Shown here: one piece after another, positions 22,316 through 32,841 of the stretch
How the letters are laid out: each line of letters starts with the position of its first letter
Position numbering within the stretch: position 1 is the stretch's first letter
Assembly: GCA_965263035.1 (NCBI GenBank)
Contig: OZ253580.1
Span: 4,608,001 to 4,672,000 of the forward strand
Source: Acidobacteriota bacterium
GTDB taxonomy: Bacteria > Acidobacteriota > UBA6911 > RPQK01 > JAJDTT01
Reading direction: 5' to 3'
Length of the DNA stretch: 64,000 nucleotides
Notes under the pieces: generated by a model
Databases searched by the model: none
Told to the model about the DNA's origin: nothing
The model's input: the letters and a program-made list of their open reading frames with translations, nothing else
Program-made: the position numbers and the translations under genes

Positions 22316-22497
22316 ATCTCCGCCTCCGAGACCAGTGAAGCTTTTTCAAGCACTGCCAGACACTCGTCCCCGTGGGCAATGGCGATCAGCAGAAACCTTG
22401 CGCGGGTGCATGCAACGTATAGGTCCTTCTTTTGGAACAGCTTTCCAAAATCACCCAAATCGTAGAGCAGAATGACATCTGCCTCAAGCCCTTTAAA

Positions 22498-24493
22498 CCC
22501 AGATTATTCACCACGCAAACATAAAATGAGCAAGCGTGCCCGTCATGTCGAGTCGGATCAGAGGGTTACCGGATACCCACAGAAAACGGCTGAGACCCGA
22601 CCTGGGTGAAACGCTATATTTGTTTTCAACGTCGGTTTAACCCCAGGATTCAAGTGGGGCCGAAACCCAAGCATTTCCACGGTTTTCGTCCCCTCCAAGG
22701 GCGGCATAAAGAGACGGCGTGCCCGTCATTTGTGGTATGATTATAGTGCTAAGAAACAACCACAATAAACGGAGCACGCCATGCCTGAGACGATACCGCA
22801 GATCCGGCCCTCATTCAACCGATCCCTCCGCCTCGAGACCCGCCCCGAGTTGCTCAGTGCGGACACGGGAGCCCTGGTGCAACGGGAGCTGATGGAGCGC
22901 AGCGGCCTCATCGACTGGTTGACCGAGCGGTTGCACGATCCGCGACACCCGAGTTCGATCCGCTATCCGCTGTCGGATCTGCTGCGGACTCGACTCCTGC
23001 TGCTGGGTCAGGGCTGGCGCGACCAGTCCGACGCCGACCGCCTGCGTCAGGATCCGAGCTTGCGGGTGGCGAGCCAGACCCGTCGGGGCACGGCGGCCTT
23101 GGAGGAGGGCCAGGGGCTGGCATCGCAGCCGACCTTGTCCCGACTGCTGGACACGCTCAGCCGGGAGGAGAACCTTTCGGTCCTGCACCAGGCGGTGACG
23201 GAGCTGGCGTGCCGTCGGATCGAGATGATCGAAGGCCGGCGGCGAAAACGGGGGAAAAAGACCCCACGGAAGAAGAGACGGAAAAAGACGATGTACCTGG
23301 ACGTGGACGGTCTCCCGGTCGAGGTCCATGGGCATCCCCCGGGAAGCGAATGGAACGGATACTATCGCCAGCGGATGTACCACGGGTTGGTGGCGAGTTG
23401 TGCCGAGACGGGGGACCTGATCGACGGGGAGATTTTTCCGGGAGCCAGCTACCTGGGGAAAAAGGCGCTGAAGTTGACGCTGCGGGTGGTGGACCGCTGT
23501 CGGGGGCGTCTGTGCGGCTCGATGATCGTGCGGATGGATGCGGGGTTCCCGGAGCCGGGGCTGCTGAAGGGGCTGGAGTCGAGAAGCGTGCCCTATATCG
23601 CTCGAATCCGCAAGAATGAGGTCCTGAACCGGATGGCGAAGCCCTACTTGACCCAGCCGGCGGGGCGATCCCCGGATGCACCACCGAAGCTCTGGTTCCA
23701 TGAGCTGACCTACCAGGCGGGGACGTGGGATCGGGCGCGCCGGGTGGTGCTGGTGGTGCGGGAGCGACCGGGGGAGTTGTATCCGGATCATTTCTGGTTG
23801 CTGACGAGCCTGAGCCGGAAGCGTTATGAGGCGGAAGCGCTGCTGACACAGTATCGAAAGCGGGGGAAGGCGGAAGGGCACATGGGGGAGTTGATGGACG
23901 TGCTCGATCCGGCCTTGTCCTCCGCGAGCCGGCCCAAGACGCACTACCGGGGGAAGCCGCTGAAGCCGGGAGCGAAGCCGGAAGCGACGACGGAGGCCGG
24001 CGTTCGACCCCACAACGAAGTCTTGTTCCTGCTGAATCTGCTGGGGTACGAGATCCTGCACCTGGGTCGGGTGCTGATGGAGCAGGCGACGCGTCGGGGC
24101 TGGAGTCTGCGTCGTTTTCGCGAGCGGATGTTGCGAGTGGCGTCTCGGGCGCTGCGCCAGGGGAGGCGATTGATTTTCGTCATCAGTCAAGGGGCGACGG
24201 ACTGGAAGCGGTTGTGGAAGAGACTGGCGCGGGTGTCCTGGGCGCCGGGATAGCGGACGGAGGAGGAATCGGGCCCGTGGAAGGGACCGAAACGGTGGGG
24301 ATTTCTCACCGGAGAGTCAATCTGTCGGCGGGTGACGGTCCCCCTGGCCGGAAAACGGTTTATGACTGGTTCAATCGTCCTGTTTTCGAGCCGATTCAGT
24401 CGAATCGACAGAGCTTCAAGAGAAACCGGGCTGCGACCGCACGAAAACGCCGGGTTGGAAGCCCTTATCAACATGTCCCATGAATAATCTGGG
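22498..24493 (+). mobile_element. Complete IS1380-family element (1996 bp)
   Basis: Perfect 13-bp TIR CCCAGATTATTCA; 5-bp TSD TTAAA at 22493-22497 and 24494-24498. Confidence 0.92.
22781..24253 (+). CDS. IS1380-family DDE transposase
   Basis: LASQPTLSRL, YLDVD, VRMDAGF and YRKRGKAEGHMGEL. Confidence 0.92.
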   Translation: MPETIPQIRPSFNRSLRLETRPELLSADTGALVQRELMERSGLIDWLTERLHDPRHPSSIRYPLSDLLRTRLLLLGQGWRDQSDADRLRQDPSLRVASQTRRGTAALEEGQGLASQPTLSRLLDTLSREENLSVLHQAVTELACRRIEMIEGRRRKRGKKTPRKKRRKKTMYLDVDGLPVEVHGHPPGSEWNGYYRQRMYHGLVASCAETGDLIDGEIFPGASYLGKKALKLTLRVVDRCRGRLCGSMIVRMDAGFPEPGLLKGLESRSVPYIARIRKNEVLNRMAKPYLTQPAGRSPDAPPKLWFHELTYQAGTWDRARRVVLVVRERPGELYPDHFWLLTSLSRKRYEAEALLTQYRKRGKAEGHMGELMDVLDPALSSASRPKTHYRGKPLKPGAKPEATTEAGVRPHNEVLFLLNLLGYEILHLGRVLMEQATRRGWSLRRFRERMLRVASRALRQGRRLIFVISQGATDWKRLWKRLARVSWAPG

Positions 24494-26057
24494 TTAAAGG
24501 ATCTCGATGTAGTAACTAGGACTCCCCTGCCGTCGTACCAATCTTCCGAGTTCGTAATCAGAGGCACTGCTTTCACTTTATCTACGCTTGCAAGACTACC
24601 TTTTGCTTTCGATCTTGGCCCTATCAATGCGATTTGTCGTGGTTTGATGCCACCGTCAGTGAAAAGCCGCCTTAGTTCCCGCAGCACAAGATCATATTGT
24701 TCCCGAGAAGATCTGGCTCGGAGTATTCGCATGGTCGTGCCAGCCGGTGCGCGAGCAAAACTTCGGGATTCCAACTTCATTAACGAAGCGCTCGCTGCTG
24801 CGATTTTTCGGGTATTCCTGCAATTGATCTTTAGCGAAAATGTCGTATCGAATTCGATCGGGGGACGTTCGACCTCGCCTCGGAGAGACTGATTCGGGTC
24901 CATAAATGCGTAGACCGGGCTATCTTCCCCTCGGAGTAGAGATTGCGTCAGAGCGTACCACCAGCCTAATGAAAAGTCCTGAGCCTCATCAACGACCATA
25001 GCGCCGTACCTAACATCGATTCCTCTTATGTCATGATCTAGAATCGCCTGTTCCAGTAAGTCTGGAACTTCTTCGTCCCAAAACTTAGGCGTCAACGATC
25101 CTCCCTGTGCAGGGCGAAATCTCACTCCAACTTTGGCAGCCATTTCCTTCGCTAGCGAATGAAAGTTCTGCACCGTAAGAAAAGATCGATACTCTCGCGT
25201 CCGAGGGTCTCCTTCCACCTGTCGGCGAAGCCACGCAGCAAGGGCACTGTTGTAGCAGATGAACAGCGTGCGAATGCCAGCACGTGCGAATGCGAGCGCC
25301 CGTTCCAGGGCAAGAAAAGTTTTTCCGGACCCCGCGACCCCTTCCACCAGCACCCTATCCTGAATGTAAAGGCCCTCGAATACCTGCGCCTGTTGCTGTG
25401 TCAGTTCCAACAGTATCTCGGACGCGGACGCAATGTCTGGACCGATTCTGCGGATGATCTTGAACTTGGGCATTAGGCAGTCGTAAAGCAAAATCCGATA
25501 TTCGTCGCCTCGCAACTCCCGCAATCCAGTGCGCCAAGCCCTGAATGCCCTCATGAGCGCCTGATCGATGAACGGCAAGTGGCGTCGAGAAAGCACGATC
25601 GCTGATTCAGCATGTGGTGGTGGCGTGCCGCCATAGTCAGCGTGCGGGAACATGACTGCATAGCCGTAGACGAAATCCCCCCTGTTTATCCTGTTTCCCG
25701 AACGCTGCTGGACAATGTCTAGAAGCGCGTGCATATTCCGTTGAGCCTGACGGAATGGGTCTTGGAACTCTCTTGGACCATGAGCGCTGTGCCGGAACCA
25801 CCGGCCTCCTTCATATCGGATGTCCTGTCCGCCCTTGACCTCAAGCACCAAAAGGCCGTGGCGAGGGTGAAGGACCACGAAATCAGCCTCGCCCTCAGCA
25901 ATAGCTGCGTTTTTCCTCCAGCGACGGAGCCAGGGATACGAGTGAAGCACGACGAAATCATCGGAAAGCTGGTCGCGAAGGGCTTTGTAAACGGGGACCT
26001 CAGAACTGTGTTCGAGTTGAGCGGTATCGAAGTTGGGAATCATCCGTGCCATAAGAC

Positions 26058-29000
26058 TCAGCGGATTCGCTCTAAGGCCCCATCGATAAACACACCGAAC
26101 GCTTTCCCTACAACTCGTATCTCTGATTGACGCGCCATCTCGGAGCGTGGTGCCTCATACGAGTAATAGAGAATGTGGACCTTGTCCTCACGCTTTCTTG
26201 GCAATCCGAAGGTCCAGCGCTCGCCGGTAGCATTGAAAGCACCGATACGGCTCGTCAGTAGGCGCGGTAATCGGTCGTTTCCGACATTCACGATTGTACT
26301 TTCTTCAGTAGGCACAAATACGACCCACGCTCCTCGCGGGAAAAGGGCCTTCGGCATGCGCTCGAGTGTCGGTCGTGTTAGCTGCACGAGGAAAGCGTCT
26401 GAAGGCACACCGTCTACCCTCACAGTTGCCAATGGCGATGGCCGCGCGTCGTATTCAAACATTGACGAAGTGTAAACTGGACACCCTTCTGGATCTTCCT
26501 GTAGGAATTCAGGCACGGAAGGTCCTTCCGGAGTCGTGTTGTCGACACCGGTAACGGCCCTGACAGCGGCAGGCAACGCGTTATCCACGAGCAGTGAGTC
26601 CACGACGTATACATCGTGATCTGTAGCTAGGACTCGTCCCGCGACGGTCCCAGGCTGGCTCGGAATAAGGGGGTGACCTAGAATTACGTAACGATCATAG
26701 TCGACTAGCCGGATACCACCGCCGATTTCTTCTACCAACTGTCCAGATTCCACAAGATCAAGGGCAAGTGAGTGGAGCATTCGTCGCTCGTCGACTTCAG
26801 GAATAGTCGGGATTTCTCCGTGGACAACGTGGCGGAGCAATGCGGCGCCAAGAGTGCGATGGAGGTGCTTATGGTCCCACCTGTTTTTATAACTTCTTAG
26901 GCACTCGTAGCAGGAGTGCGTGCAGTTGCATGATTCCAATCTGTTGAGGGCGGAGTCGAAAAGCGCGACGGGGTCTCCAACGGCGGCTCGTACGAATCCG
27001 GCGCCGCCAGGAGTCAAATCGTACAGGTATACCTCGGCCTCTTTACCGGTCCGGCCACCTTCAGTCATGGCCACCCGATACTCTGCACCAATATCGGATT
27101 CTTCAATGTCCTGAAGTCGTGCCGCCGCCGTCGACAGCGCCTCAGCGACGGTGGTGAGCACGATCTCTGCGACCGTGGATCCTGGGGTTAACTTGGCCTT
27201 ACCCGCCAGCCGGAACCGGATGAGACCTATGTCGGTTTCGAATTCGTTGCCGAAAACGACTTTGGTCGAATACCCATTACAACTGGACCCATGGGGGAAA
27301 TGGTCCGGAAATGGTTTAAGGTGTCCACCTCTCTGTCTCAGCTCCCCCGCTGACCAGCCGTTCGGTTCGGTCCTTCCGCAGAGTGGGCAATGTAGAAAGC
27401 CGGGTTTCCACGGGTCGCGAGACCCGGTGTTTGTAAGCACGAGTCTCTGCTTTTCCGTCCAGATATCGTATCCGGCACCGTTCGCTGCGGTCTCCGATGC
27501 ACTCGTAGACCCGGTATCCGTGAACGGGGCGCTCAGTTTTGCCCGGGTTGACCGGGTAGGCGTTGGACTATCCGCAAGTGGCAGTTCTGCCTCAATATCC
27601 ACGGGATGTGCAAAGCCGGGAGGTCTAATCCATTGCATGCCCACGCCGAGCGACCCCTCGGTACCGCAGGCAGGACAATTCAGGACCTGGTCCACAAAAA
27701 AGTCATCTCCACGCGGTTCGACCTTTGCATATCCACAGCGGCTACACTCAAAGTAGACCTTACTCCGGTTCCATGCTCGCCAGCATTCTCGACTTCTGAA
27801 CGGGGTCCACACGGCGAATGAATAATGGCGCTCGCCATTGACCCAAACCTCACGTCCAGGAGCGTAGCTCGAAAGTGCTTGATTCAGACCTAGTTGTGGT
27901 GTGTATCGAAGCTTCGCTCGCCGCTCCGTACTCTGTGCCTTGTCAAATATATGAAATGTGACAACATCAGTAGGAAACGCGTATCTAGGCAACACACCGC
28001 GGTCAAATAGTCGGTCAAGAAGCTTCTCGGGATCCATGCCTTGTTCGGGAGATTCCTCAAGCCCGCTCTCGGACTCAACGTAACTTTCGGGACCAAGATC
28101 GATTCGCTCCCCCCAATCCAGGCTGACGACTCCGCCTCTCCCTCCGCGACTCGTTACTTCGTTCAGAATATCGTCGTTGGAGGGAGGTGTCTGCGCGGCG
28201 ATTTCATGGGCCCGTAATGGTCCAGCACCGACGCTTCTAAGGGCAGCGAGTAGCGAGTCCGAGACCTCGTCTATGAAATCCGGTGTCTTGTCCAGCACGT
28301 TGGTCGGGACAATGTCGGTAAGAGTTTCTCGTAAACTGGACCGGGTATCTAACAGCCAAGACTTAAGGCCCGCATAGGAAAACTCGTCACGATGTCCTTG
28401 CTGAAAGTCTCGAAGTGTTCCGAGGCTATCGAACACGTTGGCACTAACCTCCCTTCCCTCACCAAGGTCTGGAATGGCGCTCTGTTGGAAGAGGCTCATC
28501 AGTAAGGCAAAACAATGACGCCGTACAATCTCGATATTGTCGAGGTTCAACGTGGGAACCGGAACCGGCCCGCTCACCATCCCAGCCGGGTCCGCATAGA
28601 ACTGCTGGTCATGGCTGTCAGCACCACAGTACGTGATTACTGTCGAGAGTGCTGAACCACGCCGACCAGCGCGGCCGGCCCGTTGCTGATAGTTCGCACG
28701 GCCGGGAGGAACGTTTCGAAGTGCGACAGCGGTCAAACTGCCAATGTCAATGCCAACTTCCATGGTTGTTGTGCAGGAGAGCACATCTATCGGCCCCTCG
28801 CGTCTGCTCTCCGGTCCTTCGACATCGAGGTCTTGAAATCGGAGTTCGTGCCATTCAGCCCGTGCCACATCCGTCCGGTCACCGCTAGCGTTGAGCGCTG
28901 CCGAGTGCTCCGCTGCGACAAAGGGGTGCGGCGCATAGCCAGGCTCGCTCTCGAGTCGCTCGAAATGCCGACGATAATGGCCCTTGCGAGAGACAAAAAC

Positions 29001-32000
29001 GGGATCCGCTGTCGGATCAAGAGATTGCGTCTTTCCCGAGCAATATCGATTGCCGACCCGAACTGTGCAGAGGTGTCCGGCAATCGGGTTACTCGGCTGT
29101 GCGGTAGTGCATCTGTTGCAACGCCTCCACGAGATGCCATCGTGGACGACCCGCAGTTTGGCTGCACGCAGAACAAACCCGTTCGCGGTATGCGAAACAC
29201 CAAGAGTGCGGGAGACGAACTTCACCCAAGGAGGCTCGTGGCCCCCTCTTCGGCGAAGATTTCTGCTAAACCAAGGAGACCCGACCAAATCCCTCAAGAT
29301 TTTGGGAAACGTGCCCTTCACTCGACGGATCTTTGCTCCGGATTTCGAATCCAACCATTCGCTGGGCGTCGTGGGCAATAATAGGGCATGCCTCGCGACG
29401 GCATCCGCCACCCATAGGTTCAGCAGGGCCTGACGTAGCTCTTGGGTACTTAGGTGACTGGGGCTAGGGGGAACGGGTAACTGCGAGAGGACACGCTCGT
29501 CCGCAGCACTGAGACTCGCCCGAATTGCTGCAAGCCCCAACGCACTCAGTCCGGTGTGGCGGTCGTTGAGCACCGGATAAACGGCGAGCATCAGGGACTT
29601 GTTCGTTCGGAGATGGTTGAATTCACCGGATGCCTCAAGAAAATCTTGCTTTTCGGCCGGCGGGTTGGCGATCAGCAATTCCCGAATGGCAGTAAGGTCT
29701 TCATCAAAGTGGGGTGCTTGGATTGGACGCAAGTTGACACCGTGAAGTACACATCCAGCAAGAAGAGCAGCATACGAATGGTCGAGGGCCACGGGGGTTG
29801 AATAGAGGCGCTCTAACTCGGTAATGCCCGCAAGAAGCAACGGACGTACAGCGTCCTGCATGGAGTACTGCTGGAGTCGACCTGCCAGGCGTGAAGCTGC
29901 CTGACGACCGTCCGAGAAGATGAGAGACTTCCTGCCCCTTAGTGGCGTGTGAACGTTTGCCCGAGGTGGCTGCTCGAGTAGTTGGGCAGAAATGATTTCC
30001 TGGAAAGGCTGGTCACCCTTAGTAACGTGATTTGATATGCTCATGGTGCCGTTGGCTCCGCAAACCGGGCACTTCGCAAACATTCCAGGATCAGTGGTAT
30101 TCCCACCCAGTGGGGAGAGCCAGACCTCACGGGCCGCGCTATTTCCAGAACCGAGTCGTCCGGACACCGGATCAAGGAATTGAAACCGGGCACCAGATCC
30201 GTCGGGAGGGTCCTCAAGCAACAGGTGCACGGGTTTGATGACACCCGTGTATTCGTCATCGATCGAATCCATTTCCTCGGTCCAGAGATATTTGGGATTG
30301 TCGGCGTCGAATGCGTAAGCGTTCAAGTATGCTGTTCCGCAGTCCCGGCAGGTGTGGATTTCAAACACTCGTGCACCACACTCGCAGTTGCGCCTTGGCT
30401 GGGGATAAAGAACTCCTGTCGGGGGTAGTTCGTCTCCCCATTTATCGCGCAGGTGGGTCGGGACCTCACTACACGTCGGGTCGGCGCACGCCCACAATCC
30501 GGGTAGTCCTCGAAGAAACATGTGCACACGTGCCGCCAACAGAGGCCGCCCCTTACCGCGACGCGCCATCGAAGCCAGTTCAATCAGCCTGTCTGTCGCC
30601 TCACGGGACAGACCTGGGTCTACAGCAGGGAAGAGGCGCGGTCCGAGTGCATAGACAGCCTGTGCCGGGCCGGCACCGGACGGGTCTGTTTCGTTATCTC
30701 CGGCGGCTTGCGCCCCACTTGTGAGGTTGCGTAAGCGGCCCGTGACCGGCAATTGACTCAGGCAACTATGGAGAATTCTCGCGACCGGATCCTGGCTGCT
30801 TTCCAACTGCACACCGGATGACTCGTTTATGCGAAGTTCCGGTACTCCGCCGACGTTGACCCGCACGGATTCCGTGCTTGTGCCGCCGACGATTGCGATC
30901 ACGTCGCGCGGCAGTTCCTCTGGTGCTGGGGAGAGACGAAAGCCAAGGTTGATTATTTCACACTCGGAAGTGAGGCATCGCAAATCTGCATTGGTACCAA
31001 CTGGCCCCACGACCGTAAGTGAAGCATATTCTCTCGGTGCTGCAAGATTGAGGACCGGCATTACAGCTTGTATGCGTGCTTCTAGGTCGTCTTTACGTAG
31101 CGCCTGGAGGTCTACGGACACGAGTGCGATTGCCATCGCTTGGTCGCCCGGTCCCGAAGGGCGCGCGGCACGCTTGTTGCCGGTTAACGGCACAAATCCC
31201 GACACTGGCTTGCCGGTTAAGTCGGCCGCGAAGTCGCAAGCGGCATCCGGATTAGAGAAGGAAGCACTCGTGCAGACAACCTGTATCTGCCCCATAGACA
31301 GACCAAGGCGATTTCGGAGACGCCGAATCAGCATCCCCACCTCCGTTCCCTGGGCTCCTCGATAAAGGTGTGCTTCATCCAGAACAAGCATCAGTCGCTG
31401 GCTCGGATTGGCAGCATAGTACTCCGCAGTCGTGCTAAAGATCTCGCGCTCGACAGGACGCAGCAACATGTATTCGAGCATTGAGTAATTTGTCACTAGG
31501 AGATCGGGCACACCCTCGTGGACTTCTTGTCGAAGAAACAGTTCCGGATCCTCTGGTCGCTCGATGGTACGTACCCACCGGCCCTCTTTTTTCCACCTAC
31601 CCCTCCCGTACCAAGAGGAAATACCATCCTCAATTCCCGATCTACTGGCAGGTTTAGAGGGCCACTTGCCTCGCTTCTGAAGTTCGGCAATCAATGCTCC
31701 GGCCTCAAGATCTGTCGTGGCTTGGTGTTCGAGGTCCAAATAGAACTTCAGACTCTGTAATCGTTCCCGATGCTTATCCGTACTCTCTTTTCGGCGCCCC
31801 GGATATAGAGTTCGCCCGGTATATCGGGCGAACTTCATGGGACGCCCGGCGTGCTCTTCGAACCACGTAGCCAACGTGCGTTGCCCAAAAAGAAGACGCA
31901 AGCGCCCGAGCTGGTCATTGACCAAGGCATTCATGGGATAGAGCAACAAGGATCTCAAGGCGCGCGTTCCGAAGCTATTGCAAACCCTCGCCTCCTCCGC

Positions 32001-32378
32001 AAGACGTCCCAAAATAGGAAGCAGGAATGCTTCTGTCTTTCCTGAGCCTGTGCCAGTCGTCACGACGAGATCGCTGAACGGAGGATTGAGCGCCAGTTCC
32101 AGAGCTTCGGCTTGGTGATCGTACGGCGGATCGAAGATCACCCCGTTTTCGCCCAAGTTAACCAACAGGTCCGTTACACCTAGTGGAAGCGAGAGATCGC
32201 GGAAGCTGCGTGAGCCCTCATAGCGAGCCGTACTTTCGACGTACGGTTGTTGGGCGAGTGTGCCGTCCCGCGCGAGGAGTTCTGCCCTCATATCCACCAA
32301 AGCAGGATTGGACAAGTGATATGTGGACGTGATGTATGTCCGGAGTGAGTCGCGTAAACGTTTCAGTTCTTGGTACAT
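26058..32378 (-). CDS. Giant DEAH-box helicase with Zn ribbons and DUF1998 (DruE-like), 2106 aa
   Basis: YDHQ, TGTGSGKT, YPMNALVNDQ, TNYSMLEYML, DEAH, TTTMEVGIDIG, QRAGRAGRR and DUF1998 YD..PGGAGF...CNCTHSCYECL. Confidence 0.88.
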   Translation of the reverse strand: MYQELKRLRDSLRTYITSTYHLSNPALVDMRAELLARDGTLAQQPYVESTARYEGSRSFRDLSLPLGVTDLLVNLGENGVIFDPPYDHQAEALELALNPPFSDLVVTTGTGSGKTEAFLLPILGRLAEEARVCNSFGTRALRSLLLYPMNALVNDQLGRLRLLFGQRTLATWFEEHAGRPMKFARYTGRTLYPGRRKESTDKHRERLQSLKFYLDLEHQATTDLEAGALIAELQKRGKWPSKPASRSGIEDGISSWYGRGRWKKEGRWVRTIERPEDPELFLRQEVHEGVPDLLVTNYSMLEYMLLRPVEREIFSTTAEYYAANPSQRLMLVLDEAHLYRGAQGTEVGMLIRRLRNRLGLSMGQIQVVCTSASFSNPDAACDFAADLTGKPVSGFVPLTGNKRAARPSGPGDQAMAIALVSVDLQALRKDDLEARIQAVMPVLNLAAPREYASLTVVGPVGTNADLRCLTSECEIINLGFRLSPAPEELPRDVIAIVGGTSTESVRVNVGGVPELRINESSGVQLESSQDPVARILHSCLSQLPVTGRLRNLTSGAQAAGDNETDPSGAGPAQAVYALGPRLFPAVDPGLSREATDRLIELASMARRGKGRPLLAARVHMFLRGLPGLWACADPTCSEVPTHLRDKWGDELPPTGVLYPQPRRNCECGARVFEIHTCRDCGTAYLNAYAFDADNPKYLWTEEMDSIDDEYTGVIKPVHLLLEDPPDGSGARFQFLDPVSGRLGSGNSAAREVWLSPLGGNTTDPGMFAKCPVCGANGTMSISNHVTKGDQPFQEIISAQLLEQPPRANVHTPLRGRKSLIFSDGRQAASRLAGRLQQYSMQDAVRPLLLAGITELERLYSTPVALDHSYAALLAGCVLHGVNLRPIQAPHFDEDLTAIRELLIANPPAEKQDFLEASGEFNHLRTNKSLMLAVYPVLNDRHTGLSALGLAAIRASLSAADERVLSQLPVPPSPSHLSTQELRQALLNLWVADAVARHALLLPTTPSEWLDSKSGAKIRRVKGTFPKILRDLVGSPWFSRNLRRRGGHEPPWVKFVSRTLGVSHTANGFVLRAAKLRVVHDGISWRRCNRCTTAQPSNPIAGHLCTVRVGNRYCSGKTQSLDPTADPVFVSRKGHYRRHFERLESEPGYAPHPFVAAEHSAALNASGDRTDVARAEWHELRFQDLDVEGPESRREGPIDVLSCTTTMEVGIDIGSLTAVALRNVPPGRANYQQRAGRAGRRGSALSTVITYCGADSHDQQFYADPAGMVSGPVPVPTLNLDNIEIVRRHCFALLMSLFQQSAIPDLGEGREVSANVFDSLGTLRDFQQGHRDEFSYAGLKSWLLDTRSSLRETLTDIVPTNVLDKTPDFIDEVSDSLLAALRSVGAGPLRAHEIAAQTPPSNDDILNEVTSRGGRGGVVSLDWGERIDLGPESYVESESGLEESPEQGMDPEKLLDRLFDRGVLPRYAFPTDVVTFHIFDKAQSTERRAKLRYTPQLGLNQALSSYAPGREVWVNGERHYSFAVWTPFRSRECWRAWNRSKVYFECSRCGYAKVEPRGDDFFVDQVLNCPACGTEGSLGVGMQWIRPPGFAHPVDIEAELPLADSPTPTRSTRAKLSAPFTDTGSTSASETAANGAGYDIWTEKQRLVLTNTGSRDPWKPGFLHCPLCGRTEPNGWSAGELRQRGGHLKPFPDHFPHGSSCNGYSTKVVFGNEFETDIGLIRFRLAGKAKLTPGSTVAEIVLTTVAEALSTAAARLQDIEESDIGAEYRVAMTEGGRTGKEAEVYLYDLTPGGAGFVRAAVGDPVALFDSALNRLESCNCTHSCYECLRSYKNRWDHKHLHRTLGAALLRHVVHGEIPTIPEVDERRMLHSLALDLVESGQLVEEIGGGIRLVDYDRYVILGHPLIPSQPGTVAGRVLATDHDVYVVDSLLVDNALPAAVRAVTGVDNTTPEGPSVPEFLQEDPEGCPVYTSSMFEYDARPSPLATVRVDGVPSDAFLVQLTRPTLERMPKALFPRGAWVVFVPTEESTIVNVGNDRLPRLLTSRIGAFNATGERWTFGLPRKREDKVHILYYSYEAPRSEMARQSEIRVVGKAFGVFIDGALERIR

Positions 32379-32841
32379 GCTACGTGTTTGTCCTTCGCGG
32401 GAATACCTAACCGGGGTACCCGAGATGACTAGCTTCCATGGTAAAAGTTATCAATCTCCATTGAAACTACAATACTGGAAACGTCAATGGAAAACTAAAG
32501 CGGCGTGATCACGCAATTTTGACCCACCTCATGGAAGAAATAGGCCAAGATCGACAGTAATTTCCTGTTCAACGAGTTTGTGTCCTGACGGCCCCGTTCC
32601 GACTGAATTCCTGACGCATGTTTTCTGCCGCGCCAAGAATTTCTCCCAGCCGAACCGGTGCCCAGTCGAGATTCACCAATTCTCGTTGGAACTTACCTGT
32701 CTGAAATGGTCTTGAAACCCTCGGATCTCGTCCTTTCTCGTTCGCCAATACTCTATATCTGGCGAGACCCCGCCCGAGTTCACGTTCGACCACAGCCCAA
32801 CACCGACGCAGACCCCGCAGAAAATTTGTTATCAGGAAAGT

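Larger units (their letters stand above)
22312..26052 (-). pseudogene. NERD nuclease fused to a UvrD-like SF1 helicase, interrupted by IS1380
   Basis: GEADF...LEVKGG (NERD), GVAGSGKT and VVDEAQD. Removing the IS and one TSD restores SFKGLEADV...LYVACTRAR...EAEI*. Confidence 0.9.

Noticed and set aside
24187-24493. C-terminal ~100 aa of the 621-aa ORF as part of the NERD helicase
   Set aside because: It is read-through into the IS1380 end; the real C-terminus is at 22312-22497.
26058-32378. DISARM (DrmA/DrmB) assignment
   Set aside because: Helicase and DUF1998 are in one polypeptide, DUF4338 is present, and no PLD or cognate methylase gene is in the cluster.
32450-32530. Possible IS21-like terminal remnant (GCAATTTTGACCCACC) at the island boundary
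   Set aside because: Too short, with no istA/istB and no partner end; cannot be supported.
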